Shown here in pieces: positions 1 through 9,148 of a stretch of DNA of 64,000 nucleotides. Within the stretch, counting starts at the first letter, position 1, and each line of letters opens with the position of its first letter. The notes under the pieces were generated by a model, which saw only the letters and a list, made by a program, of their open reading frames with translations, was not told the DNA's origin and did not search any database. Both the position numbers and the translations under genes were made by a program. This DNA is from an uncultured delta proteobacterium (lineage in GTDB: Bacteria > Desulfobacterota > Desulfobacteria > Desulfobacterales > UBA11574): assembly GCA_963790095.1 (NCBI GenBank), contig CAWBNO010000013.1:30857-94856 (forward strand). The letters run 5' to 3'.

Positions 1-104
1 CAGGTGATCTCCCGACGCCGGTTTTTAGCCGGTTCTCTTTCTATGAGTGCCGTTTCAAGGCCATACATACGCGCATTTCGAGCCAGCATCTCGATAATCA
101 GCAT
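1..104 (-). CDS. AMP-dependent synthetase/ligase (acyl-CoA ligase family), N-terminal fragment; the gene runs off the window start
   Basis: Reverse-strand ATG at 104-102 opens MLIIEMLARNARMYGLETALIEREPAKNRRREIT. This resembles N-termini of adenylate-forming CoA ligases. Only 34 codons are visible. Confidence 0.4.
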   Translation of the reverse strand, partial: MLIIEMLARNARMYGLETALIEREPAKNRRREIT

Positions 105-189
105 AAAGAATTCCTTTCGAGTAAAACTTTTTTTCAGAATCGATATCAAACTCCCATAAAATGGTCAAGGTGACAAAATGATCTCACCG

Positions 190-459
190 GGTTAATGTAT
201 TTGAATCCCAATAGAGAGAGAACGCTCCGCGACGGCGCATATCTCTTTCAAACCGACTGAAACTTGTGCTTAAGCACCCGTAAGCCCGAGCCGTGCCAGA
301 GTTATAAAGAACAATTCGTCCATAAAATATCCGATGGATGTCTTAAACCATAATTTCATTCGGCTCGGTCTAACGTGTGCTAAAGCCCTTCAAACAGCCA
401 GTCGGTTTCCAAGAGAAACGCGCCGTCGCTTCGGTGTACCGAAACCAAATGCGTTTGCC
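190..459 (-). repeat. Family-A structured repeat, copy 1 (~270 nt imperfect palindrome; MITE-like element or structured RNA)
   Basis: Terminal inverted repeats of the type GGCAAACGCATTTG / CAAATGCGTT. A long interrupted stem: GCGACGGCGC..AAACCGACTG pairs with CAGTCGGTTT..GCGCCGTCGC, and CTTAAGCAC..CCGAGCCG pairs with CGGCTCGG..GTGCTAAAG. Near-identical copies lie at 24165-24436 and 53786-54053. The strand given is the one on which stem mismatches become G-U pairs. Confidence 0.85.
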
Positions 460-635
460 ATGAATAATCTTGCGGTGAGGGTTTGAAGCCGTTTCGATTC
501 ATCTTCCCATTGCCGTGGGCGGCAGACGTTGGGAATTCAGGAAATCGGTCGGGATATTTTGCCGGCCGTTGGGCATAACTTATTGACAAAATAATAATTT
601 TTGTTCAAAATAAACCACATGGCTTGTTAGATGCT

Positions 636-680
636 TTGTACGTGTTCAGGGGGTGCGCTTTTCCTGAGAACGTACGATGC
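636..680. repeat. Family-C short motif copy (GTACGTGTTCAGGGGGTGCGC) forming a hairpin with CCTGAGAACGTAC
   Basis: The same ~21-nt motif recurs at 52930-52955 (reverse complement). Variants occur at 7865-7895, 38548-38591, 53550-53579 and 53733-53762. Confidence 0.7.
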
Positions 681-809
681 TTTGTTATGATAGAAATGAC
701 GGAAGTGAAGGACGGGCTTAAACATGGACCTTCAAAATTGCTGGTATGTGATGATGGGCGGGCAGGTCGCCATTGGAATTAAGGTGTGTGATCAAAGAGG
801 ATAACCCCT

Positions 810-1652
810 ATGGCAAGGTTGAAAATACTTCCACCCGGCAGCACGAAGCATGCCAGGGCCCAGGCCCGGGGAAAGTTGTTCCAAGGACTGGTGTCTCAGG
901 TGCTGCACCACTATGGATATGATATCCACCGTCTTTTTCATGCAAACACCCCTGAAATGGAAGTCGAGGTAGAGGGAACGCATACACCCACCGGCGCGCC
1001 ATTTTATGCGGATTGCACCTTCGGTGAAACACCGGTGTCGGCTTCCCACCTTCAGGCATTTTACGGCAAGTACATGGGAAGATGGCATCAAGAGAAACGA
1101 TGCCACGGACTTTTCATGGCACTGCCCGGCATCGACCGCGCTGCCGGAGAATTTTATCGAGATTATATCGCGAAAAATTCAGACGTCACCGCAGTTCTTT
1201 ATGAAGAAGATGCGGTTCTGAAAGCAGTTTCAGCGTCCTCGGGGATTGCCGGCCCGGACGTCCAGGCAAAACATGTTTTCCGGAATATGGGAACTTCCGG
1301 CGATCCTTTTCTGTTTTACACGGAAAAAGGCGTGTTCTGGACCTGGATCACCCCATCAAAAGGCAAAGAAAATCCAAACAGATTTGCGCTTTTCGACAAA
1401 ACCGGTTCTTTGGTATCCGATCCGTCGGTCTTCGCTTATGTCACGAAGTTGTATCCGAAACTTGCCGATTTCGATCCGATTGTTCGTGAAGAGACCGTAG
1501 GTCTTCAGCCCGGTCTGTTTCAAGATACCGATGAAATTGTCGAAGTCCGGGGGGAACGGAATGCTTTGGGTACCACTACCCTGCATCCCCCGGTGACTTT
1601 GTGGGAAGAAAGTCTTTGCTCAACGCACTCGAGGTCTTTGCAGAAACCGTAA
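810..1652 (+). CDS. PD-(D/E)xK (Mrr-like) restriction-endonuclease-fold protein, probably the N-terminal part of a frameshifted fusion with the next ORF
   Basis: 280-aa ORF. The N-terminus (GKLFQGLVSQVLHHYGYDI ... EMEVEVEG ... FYADCTF) resembles the Mrr catalytic-core layout by eye. The last 52 nt overlap the next ORF in another frame. Confidence 0.55.
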   Translation: MARLKILPPGSTKHARAQARGKLFQGLVSQVLHHYGYDIHRLFHANTPEMEVEVEGTHTPTGAPFYADCTFGETPVSASHLQAFYGKYMGRWHQEKRCHGLFMALPGIDRAAGEFYRDYIAKNSDVTAVLYEEDAVLKAVSASSGIAGPDVQAKHVFRNMGTSGDPFLFYTEKGVFWTWITPSKGKENPNRFALFDKTGSLVSDPSVFAYVTKLYPKLADFDPIVREETVGLQPGLFQDTDEIVEVRGERNALGTTTLHPPVTLWEESLCSTHSRSLQKP

Positions 1653-3637
1653 CCCATAAAGAAACATCCCATCGCGGCATTCTTTTCGAAGGGCCTTCGG
1701 GGTGGGGGAAAAGTTCATTGGTTCTGGCCAGTGTTGCACGACTGGAGAAAATGGCGCATTTTGCCGTTGCCATAGATTCCCGAACCGCCGCATCGTCCAA
1801 TTTCATTTTGTGTTTAATGCACCATATCATGGAAAAGTACCAAGACTTCGGGGGTCTATTCCCCCAAGGGGACCGATCCGGATGGATCACCGGCCATGAC
1901 CGTGGGGTTAAGTCGATTCTCGAAATGGGAAACGTACTTGAATCCCATGGCAAACTGCTGTTCATTTTCTTGGATCAGTTTGATCACTGTTTCTCTTTGC
2001 CTGGGGTGATTGAACCCATAAAAGACCTGTTCCTTAAAATATGCCGTGAACAGACGAATATCGTTCTGGGATTTTCGTGGAACAAGGATCTTGTTTCAGG
2101 GGCACGTGGATCTTACAAAGAATTGGGTGATGCGGTTACGGATAACAGTCAAAAAATGATCCTGAACAATTTCTCCGGCGCCGAAACCGATGCATTGTTG
2201 AAAAAACTGAGCGATGAATTGAATGAAACCTTAATCGAAGACCTCCGATGGTTCCTGATGGAATTTTCACAAGGATATCCCTGGCTCCTGAAAATGCTCT
2301 GCTTTCATGTCAAGGTGGCCCGGCAGTCCGGGATTCCACAGGACCATATTGCCGGCAATCTTTTGAGTGTCGAAGAACTTTTCCAGCATGACCTGGAAAA
2401 GCTGTCGGATAAAGGGCGGGTTTCTCTGAGCCATATCGCCCAATTTGCACCCATGCGTCCGGCGGAATCACCCGGCATGCTCGCCCCTCATGTTGTTCAA
2501 AATTTAATCGACCAGAAGTTGGTCCAAAAAATCGGCAATACCGTGGACGTCTCCGGAGAGGTCCTTAGAAATTACCTGAATACCGGCACCCTGCCGTTTC
2601 AGGACAATCCCATCCTCGGAGCCGCCGTCGGGGATGTTGTTAACGCTGTCAATATCCTGCATGCAGCCAACGGCTCACTGGATATTTCCCAATTAAAGGG
2701 CCGGACCGGCCTGGCTGGAGCCCTGTTTTACCGGGTTGCAAAAGATATGGATCAACTCGGGGTTGTCAGATTCGGCAAGGGGACGGCATCCCTGGAAATA
2801 GCGTTGCCTGCCGGGCACCCTGATATGGAAGCATCATTGAGAAAACACCTCCGGGACAGGCTTCGAGGCATTCGTTCGGTTCAGGGGCTTTTAAAAAATT
2901 TGGAAGAAAAAAATACCCTTGACATGGATGACGTATCCGCTCTGTTCGAAATTTCGGTGTCCTACAGATCCGTTGCCGGTAAAGCCGGGTTGAAATATGC
3001 CCGTATTTTGGCGGAATGGATGGACTTTGCCGATCTTGCCGTTTGGAATAAAAAAAATAGAGTGCTCGCTTTCTTTGACCCGGCAACAGAAATCCGAGAG
3101 CGTCGCCTCCTGTTGCCCAAAAGACGTGGATCTAAAATCCCGCAGATCCAGTATTCCCCGGTTGAAGAGATGGCGGAAAGGCTTTTCCAGGCGCTTCAAG
3201 GGGACGGCCGGGTGGATTGGACCGGTTTTGGCAAAAATGCCGTTTTTAGAACCCTGGCAACCCTGGAAGACCTGGGTTTCATCGTTCGGCGGGCGCCATT
3301 GATTAAAATGCTGCCCAAGGGGCAAGAATTCGTGCAGAATATGGACAAACGTCCTGCACTGTTTGCAGAAGGGGCCTTGCAGATGCCCTCGTTTCCAATT
3401 TTCATGGAGATACTCGAATCCCATCGGTTTAAAGGCAATACACTTTTGGGGCTCGGTGTGGAACTCAAAGAGAAGCTCGGCACCAACTGGAAGGACAGTA
3501 CCGCCGAAAACATCGCCAAAATTATGCTCGATTGGGCGCGTCATGCCAAACTCGCTCCGGGGGTGTTTGCCCGGATTCGAAAGGGACCCATAAAAGGGTG
3601 GAAAAAGAAGGATGACCGGCAGATGGCCCTGTTTTAA
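1601..3637 (+). CDS. P-loop NTPase of the AAA_16/STAND type with C-terminal winged-helix-like segments
   Basis: Walker A GPSGWGKSS, Walker B-like LLFIFLDQFD and a GYPWLLKML motif. The GTG start has no visible SD. The frame is open back to 1535 and reads ...ASPGDFVGRKSLLNALEVF, an FxGR(E/K)xEL-type pre-P-loop motif. That argues the true N-terminus lies upstream. Confidence 0.7.
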   Translation: MGRKSLLNALEVFAETVTHKETSHRGILFEGPSGWGKSSLVLASVARLEKMAHFAVAIDSRTAASSNFILCLMHHIMEKYQDFGGLFPQGDRSGWITGHDRGVKSILEMGNVLESHGKLLFIFLDQFDHCFSLPGVIEPIKDLFLKICREQTNIVLGFSWNKDLVSGARGSYKELGDAVTDNSQKMILNNFSGAETDALLKKLSDELNETLIEDLRWFLMEFSQGYPWLLKMLCFHVKVARQSGIPQDHIAGNLLSVEELFQHDLEKLSDKGRVSLSHIAQFAPMRPAESPGMLAPHVVQNLIDQKLVQKIGNTVDVSGEVLRNYLNTGTLPFQDNPILGAAVGDVVNAVNILHAANGSLDISQLKGRTGLAGALFYRVAKDMDQLGVVRFGKGTASLEIALPAGHPDMEASLRKHLRDRLRGIRSVQGLLKNLEEKNTLDMDDVSALFEISVSYRSVAGKAGLKYARILAEWMDFADLAVWNKKNRVLAFFDPATEIRERRLLLPKRRGSKIPQIQYSPVEEMAERLFQALQGDGRVDWTGFGKNAVFRTLATLEDLGFIVRRAPLIKMLPKGQEFVQNMDKRPALFAEGALQMPSFPIFMEILESHRFKGNTLLGLGVELKEKLGTNWKDSTAENIAKIMLDWARHAKLAPGVFARIRKGPIKGWKKKDDRQMALF

Positions 3638-3872
3638 TTAATCCGGTAATTAAACATGTCATTCCGGCCGCACCCCGGGCTTGATTCGGGGGAAGAGCCG
3701 GAATAGAGGAACCCTATGAAAATACTGGATTCCCGCCGCAGTTTATCCCGCACTTGATGCGGGGCGGGAATGAAGTGACGGTTAATCGAAATTGATGTGT
3801 TAAATTAATAATTGTGTGGTCGCTCCTTTTATGTTTCAGTGATGTATCCAACGGCACCATGGCGCATTTTTT

Positions 3873-4313
3873 TTGACAGGAGTGACGAATTTGCTTCTTT
3901 TCGACGGGACATATCGGTTGCAACGGCAGGGAGACGCCCCTTCAAAGTTGGGTCGTAAATGGGCCTGCGCATGGCGCTTGAGGGTCTTTGATTTTTCGAA
4001 AAAATATCCGGACGTTCAGCATCTCAGACCGTACGCCGTTGTGGCCACCCAGACCGGAGAAGGGATATTTAAGACAACCTGCGCCGAAAGTCTGGGAAAT
4101 AGAATATGCCGGGACTTTGATCTGAAAGTCGACGAAATCCTCTGGGTCGAGCATTATCCGGATGAGCCGGCCCTGTATGTCGCCATATTTTCTCCCAAGT
4201 CCTATTATGGAACGGAAATATTTTATGACGTCGATTGGCGGCCCATCATGCCCAATGAACTGGACGCCATCCGTCCCTTAATGCCGGAAATCGAAGATTT
4301 CCAGTGTCCATAG
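3873..4313 (+). CDS. hypothetical protein (146 aa; start possibly TTG 3891 after AGGAG)
   Basis: Clean ORF with no recognisable motif. AGGAG lies 8 nt before TTG 3891. It sits directly downstream of the nuclease/NTPase ORFs. Confidence 0.4.
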   Translation: MTGVTNLLLFDGTYRLQRQGDAPSKLGRKWACAWRLRVFDFSKKYPDVQHLRPYAVVATQTGEGIFKTTCAESLGNRICRDFDLKVDEILWVEHYPDEPALYVAIFSPKSYYGTEIFYDVDWRPIMPNELDAIRPLMPEIEDFQCP

Positions 4314-4704
4314 CCCTCCTTTTTCCTTGCCATTGGAAACCAGATGGTGGATACTAATTACCCAGATTCCCCTGAAAAAGGGCCTCTGTGGGTAAATAGT
4401 ATCCATATGGATCCAGGTTCCTGAAAAAAAGCTCGGTTGAGGAGTTCAGGGTTCCACGTTCCGGGTTGAAAAAACTCGTCGATGGGATGCCGGCTCCAGG
4501 GTGACCTCAAAACCGCTTCACCCAATAGGTTGTGGCAGGTATTTCCTATTCTTATCAATAGGGTGCGCAGGTTTAATCCGATGTAACCCTTGAACGTTGA
4601 ACCCTGAACCCGGAACCGATCCGTCGCGGAAAAAGCCTGTATCCAACAGGGGGAGGTTCGGAAAAATTGACAATGGCATCAGATTTGCATTAGTGCGTAC
4701 CGTT

Positions 4705-6454
4705 ATGCCGAATAAAATTAAACATAACAGATTTTGGGCCGGTGTGCCGCCGTGGATATTTATCGGCGCCGTGGTGGTCCTGTTTCCGATTTTTGCCTTT
4801 ATCACCGTCCAGAACATCCACCGCCAGAACCAGAACAACACCCGCCTCTTGCTGGAAAAGGGGGCTGCCCTGATCCGGTCTTTCGAGGCAGGGACAAGGA
4901 CAGGACTGGGAATGAGCCGAAACGAATTCCAGCTCCAGAGACTCCTTGCCGAGACAGCCCAGCAGCCCGACATTCTATATCTTTTGGTCACCGATGTAGA
5001 CGGCAGGATCCTTGCCCACGACAACCCCAAGCATTTGGGAAAATACCATGGCAAAGGTTTGGATCTTAAAAGGATTTCGAATCTTAAAACGGTTCAGTGG
5101 CACATCGTCTCCACCACCAGCGGGAAGAAAATATTTGAAGTGTTCAGCAGATTCCTGCCCCAGGAACGAAGCTTTAGTATGGGGCCCGGCCGCATGATGA
5201 TGCATCTGTGGTTTCAACGGGGGATGGATGAACGAATGGATGTCCCGCCGCCCACGCCGATCATCTTCGTGGGGCTCGACATGACGTCCATCGAAGAGGC
5301 TGTCCGGACTGATACCCGGCATGCCGTTATCATGGGCATTATCCTACTTATGGTTGGATTTGCCGGCATCATTCTTTTATTTTTGGCCCAGAGTTATCGG
5401 GCGACACGGATGTCCCTCTCCAGGATAAAAGCCTTTTCCGACAACCTGGTGGAGCACATGCCCATCGGCTTGGTGGCCACCGATGACCAAAAAAGGATTA
5501 CCTCCCTCAACCATGTGGCCGGAACGATTCTGGGCCTTTCCGCCGAAGCGGTCATGGGGGAAAATGCAGCGGACGTCCTGCCCGAGGATTTGTGGCAGAT
5601 GCTCAAAGACCTGGATATGGAAAAAGGAGTTGTTGAAAAGGAGATGGATTGTGTCGTTGGCGAAGGGGGGATGATCCCCCTTGAAATCAGCGCGACACCA
5701 CTGAGGGATGAAAACGGAACGTTTCTCGGGGATGTGCTCCTGTTCAAGGATCTGAGCGAAGTCCGTTCTTTGAGAAAAGAGATTGCACGGAGCCAGCGTC
5801 TTGCCTCTGTGGGAAGACTTGCCGCCGGTGTTTCCCATGAGATACGCAACCCCTTAAGTTCCATCAAGGGGTTTGCCACCTATTTCAAGGAAAGATACCA
5901 TGATGTTCCGGAAAACCAACAGATCTCCAACCTCATGATTCAGGAAGTCGACCGGTTGAACCGGGTGGTGGGTCAGCTTCATCGAGTTTGCCCGGCCCAT
6001 AAAAATATCGAGAAAATCGATCCCCGTCGAAGCCTTTTTAAAGGATTCTCTCAAACTCATCGAACGGCAGGCTTCGGAAGCGAACATCGACATCAAAACC
6101 CGCTTTGATCTTGAAATAGACACGGCGTTTTTCGATCCGGACAGGATCAACCAGGTCCTTCTGAATCTGTATCTGAACGCCATCGAATCCATGGACCATG
6201 AAGGAACCATGACCGTCGTACTGGAAAAAGATGTGAAAAAGAACGGCATTGAAATCCGGGTTTCGGATACCGGCGCCGGCATCGATGAAAACGATCTTGC
6301 CCATGTTTTCGATCCCTACTTTACCACCAAAGCATCCGGCACTGGTTTGGGATTGGCCATCGTTCACAATATCGTAGAGGCTCACGGCGGGGAGATAAAG
6401 GTGGAGAGCCGATCGGGGCAGGGGACCACGGTTCGTATCGTATTGCCCAACTGA
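4705..6454 (+). pseudogene. ZraS/AtoS-like sensor histidine kinase, split by a +1 frameshift between the DHp and HATPase domains
   Basis: ATG 4705 opens MPNKIKHNRFWAGVPPWIFIGAVVV (TM). PAS-like segment and H-box HEIRNPLSSIKGF. After ...RLNRVVGQL the homologous sequence (I)EFARPIKI...NQVLLNLYLNAIES...GTGLGLAIVHNIVEAHGGEI continues in the next frame, which is open from 5960. The intact paralogue is at 49007-50761. Confidence 0.85.
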
Positions 6455-6474
6455 ATATAGAAAAGAGATGCGCC

Positions 6475-7845
6475 ATGAAACATAAAAAAAACCTATTGAT
6501 CGTTGATGACGACCGCACCCATCGCACCATGTTGCGCACCCTTATCGGGGGCTGGGGATATGATATTGTGGAGGCGGATGACGGTTCCACCGCCATCGAA
6601 GCGGTTCAGAAGCGTCCTTTTGATCTGGTCCTGATGGATGTCAGAATGCTGAAGATCAGCGGCCTTGAAGCCCTCGAAGAGATAAAAGCCTTCAACCCGG
6701 CCATACCGGTAACCATCATGACTGCCTATTCATCGGTTGAAACGGCGGTGGACGCTCTGAAAAAAGGGGCCTACGATTATCTCACAAAACCCCTCGATTT
6801 CGACAAACTTCGACTGACCATAGAACGGGCCATGGAGCACACCCGCCTGAAAGAGGAAAACCGCATTCTCAAGGAAAACCTCGGGAAGCATTTTGACATG
6901 CAGAATATTGTGGGCCGAAGCCCTGCCATGGTGAGCCTGATGGAAACAGTGGCCCATGTGGCCCCGTCCGAAGCCACGGTAATGATCACCGGAGCGTCCG
7001 GTACGGGGAAGGAATTGATTGCAGGGGTGATCCATTACAACAGCCCGAGAAAAGACGGGCCCTTTGTCAAGATCAATTGTGCGGCCATTACGGAAACGCT
7101 CTTGGAATCGGAGCTTTTCGGGCATGAAAAAGGGGCATTCACCGGCGCAGATCGGAGAAAAGAAGGGCGTTTTATTCAGGCACACCACGGGAGCCTGTTC
7201 CTCGACGAGGTGAGTGAAATGTCGCTGACCATGCAGGTCAAACTGCTGCGGGTGCTCCAGGAGAGAGAATTGACCCGGGTGGGGGGTGAAGAAGTGCTCA
7301 AGGTGGATGTCCGGGTCATCGCCGCCACCAACAGAGACCTGATCGATCTGAAAAGTAAAGGGCTGTTCCGTGAGGATCTGTTCTATCGGTTGAACGTTGT
7401 CAGTTTGGAAATTCCGCCCTTGAGCGAGCGGAGAGAAGATATTCCTTTGCTGGCCCAGCATTTTCTCGGGATGTTTTCCGAAAAGAACAATAAAGAGATA
7501 AAGGGGTTCACCCCCGGGGCCATGGATCGCCTGATACGCTATGACTGGCCCGGCAATGTCCGTGAACTCATGAACGCCGTTGAAAGGGGGGTTGTGCTGA
7601 CCCGAACGGATTATCTCGATGTGCAGGATTTTGCCATGGCGCAGAATGGCTCCCGCCCTCCGGCTAAAGCCGTGCCGATGTTGGGCGGAAACGAGAAGAA
7701 CCTGCCTCTGGAGGCGATTGAAAAGGTCGCAGTTCTGCGCATGCTGGAGGCCACGGACGGCAATAAAAGCGAAGCGGCAAGGCGCCTTGGCATTACCCGG
7801 AAAACTCTGCACAAGAAGCTCAAAAAGTACGGAGTCATGGATTGA
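6475..7845 (+). CDS. sigma54-dependent response regulator (NtrC/ZraR/AtoC family)
   Basis: Receiver domain (LIVDDD, LVLMDVRM), AAA+ sigma54-interaction domain (GASGTGKE, ESELFGHEKGAFTGA) and a C-terminal Fis-type HTH. Confidence 0.95.
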   Translation: MKHKKNLLIVDDDRTHRTMLRTLIGGWGYDIVEADDGSTAIEAVQKRPFDLVLMDVRMLKISGLEALEEIKAFNPAIPVTIMTAYSSVETAVDALKKGAYDYLTKPLDFDKLRLTIERAMEHTRLKEENRILKENLGKHFDMQNIVGRSPAMVSLMETVAHVAPSEATVMITGASGTGKELIAGVIHYNSPRKDGPFVKINCAAITETLLESELFGHEKGAFTGADRRKEGRFIQAHHGSLFLDEVSEMSLTMQVKLLRVLQERELTRVGGEEVLKVDVRVIAATNRDLIDLKSKGLFREDLFYRLNVVSLEIPPLSERREDIPLLAQHFLGMFSEKNNKEIKGFTPGAMDRLIRYDWPGNVRELMNAVERGVVLTRTDYLDVQDFAMAQNGSRPPAKAVPMLGGNEKNLPLEAIEKVAVLRMLEATDGNKSEAARRLGITRKTLHKKLKKYGVMD

Positions 7846-7991
7846 TCCTGACGCTGCATACACGACTGGGTTAGGGGGTGCGCTCCCCCGCCTCACTCCA
7901 TTACATAAACAACAGGCTTGGCTTAAGTCTATTGCTTTTAACTATTTATTTTAGTACTTTCTTTTGTTTGCGATAGAATAAGATTGATGAA

Positions 7992-8104
7992 CTTGTAAAA
8001 AGTGAAACGTGAAATGTAAAACGGCTACATTTAGCACATTAAGAAGCAATATTGCACAACATCTATATTTTTCACGTTTAACTTTTTACTTTTTACCGAA
8101 CGGT
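7992..8104. repeat. Family-B palindromic intergenic repeat, copy 1 (~113 nt)
   Basis: GTAAAAAGTGAAACGTG pairs with CACGTTTAACTTTTTAC. Inner hairpin AAATGTA..TACATTT and palindrome GCAATATTGC. Reverse-complement homologue at 11584-11697. Confidence 0.8.
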
Positions 8105-8193
8105 CAAGGTTGACAGCTTCGTAAAAAACAGATTTTTTACGACTTCATCAAGATTACACCATGACCGGAATGTCCGGAATAGGAGATAAATCC

Positions 8194-8901
8194 ATGAAGT
8201 ACAAACTCACAGCATTGCTGGTGTTTGCTTTTTTATTTTTCTTTGGTTCGGCGGAATTGTGCCAAAATGTATCGGCCCAACCGCAAACGCCCGTGGAGGA
8301 TTCCCAATTATCCCTCGACGATATTATGGAAAAAATAGAACAACGGTATGCGGTTCCGGGATTCTCGGCACACTTTTTCCAAACTTCGACCCTAAAAGCC
8401 ATGGAAATAACGGACAGTGCATCCGGAAAAGCCTTTTTCAAACGTCCCGGCAAAATGCGATGGGAATATAAAACCCCCAACCGCCAAACCATCATTACCG
8501 ACAACGAAACGTTGTGGATATTCAGGGCCGAAGACAACCAGGTGATGATCGGTAAAGCACCTTCTTTTTTCGAAGGCGGCAAAGGGTTCAGTTTTCTTTC
8601 CGATATGAAATCGATCCAACAGAAATTCAGTATTGCTCTTGAAAAAAAGGCGCAAGATGACTACTATGAGCTGAAGCTTTTACCCAGGGAAAAAGCATTC
8701 GACGTATCGGTCATCTATCTGTCCGTTTCAACCAGAACGTTTGATGTTGTCAAAATTGTTACCGTCAATTCATATGGCGATGAAACCCGGATCGTCTTTA
8801 ACGATATTCAGTTTGCAAAGGAAATCAACGATTCCCTGTTCAGTTTTAAATTGCCCGAAGGGGTAGAAGTGTTGAATCTCGATGAACAGAGAGACCTTTG
8901 A
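8194..8901 (+). CDS. LolA-like outer-membrane lipoprotein carrier protein
   Basis: Signal peptide MKYKLTALLVFAFLFFFGSA. LolA-like core (GKAFFKRPGKMRWEY...ETLWIF). AGGAGA lies 7 nt before ATG 8194; the ORF track extends to 8161. Confidence 0.8.
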   Translation: MKYKLTALLVFAFLFFFGSAELCQNVSAQPQTPVEDSQLSLDDIMEKIEQRYAVPGFSAHFFQTSTLKAMEITDSASGKAFFKRPGKMRWEYKTPNRQTIITDNETLWIFRAEDNQVMIGKAPSFFEGGKGFSFLSDMKSIQQKFSIALEKKAQDDYYELKLLPREKAFDVSVIYLSVSTRTFDVVKIVTVNSYGDETRIVFNDIQFAKEINDSLFSFKLPEGVEVLNLDEQRDL

Positions 8902-9148
8902 AAAACGTCCCCTTTTGTCCAATTCCTGCGTCCCCGATGGGCGAGATTTATCAACAGGCTCAAATTTTAATTCTCGAAATACATAATATATGTCTGTGGT
9001 TTAAATTTTCGCCTTCCTTGGACTTGAACAAAATTGAACATTTTTCAAAGGCCTCAGGTTGAATGAAATCTTTGAAGTATCAGCGATTGATTGAAGAAAA
9101 CTCCGGATCCAAATAATATATAAAAAAATCAGAGCTAAAGGAAAAAAA

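Noticed and set aside
380-589. ORFs inside family-A copies (380-589 minus strand, 53991-54185 plus strand) as small proteins
   Set aside because: The ORFs cover different parts of the element in different copies and are not conserved as reading frames among the three copies. The conservation pattern fits structure, not coding.
8905-9148. NAD+ (nadA-motif) riboswitch upstream of nadA, prompted by two CGTCCCC / GGGGACG-like strings
   Set aside because: The GGGGACG strings are on the wrong strand relative to nadA. I could not build the two-domain bulged-stem architecture or find the CAACA.CCCC element.
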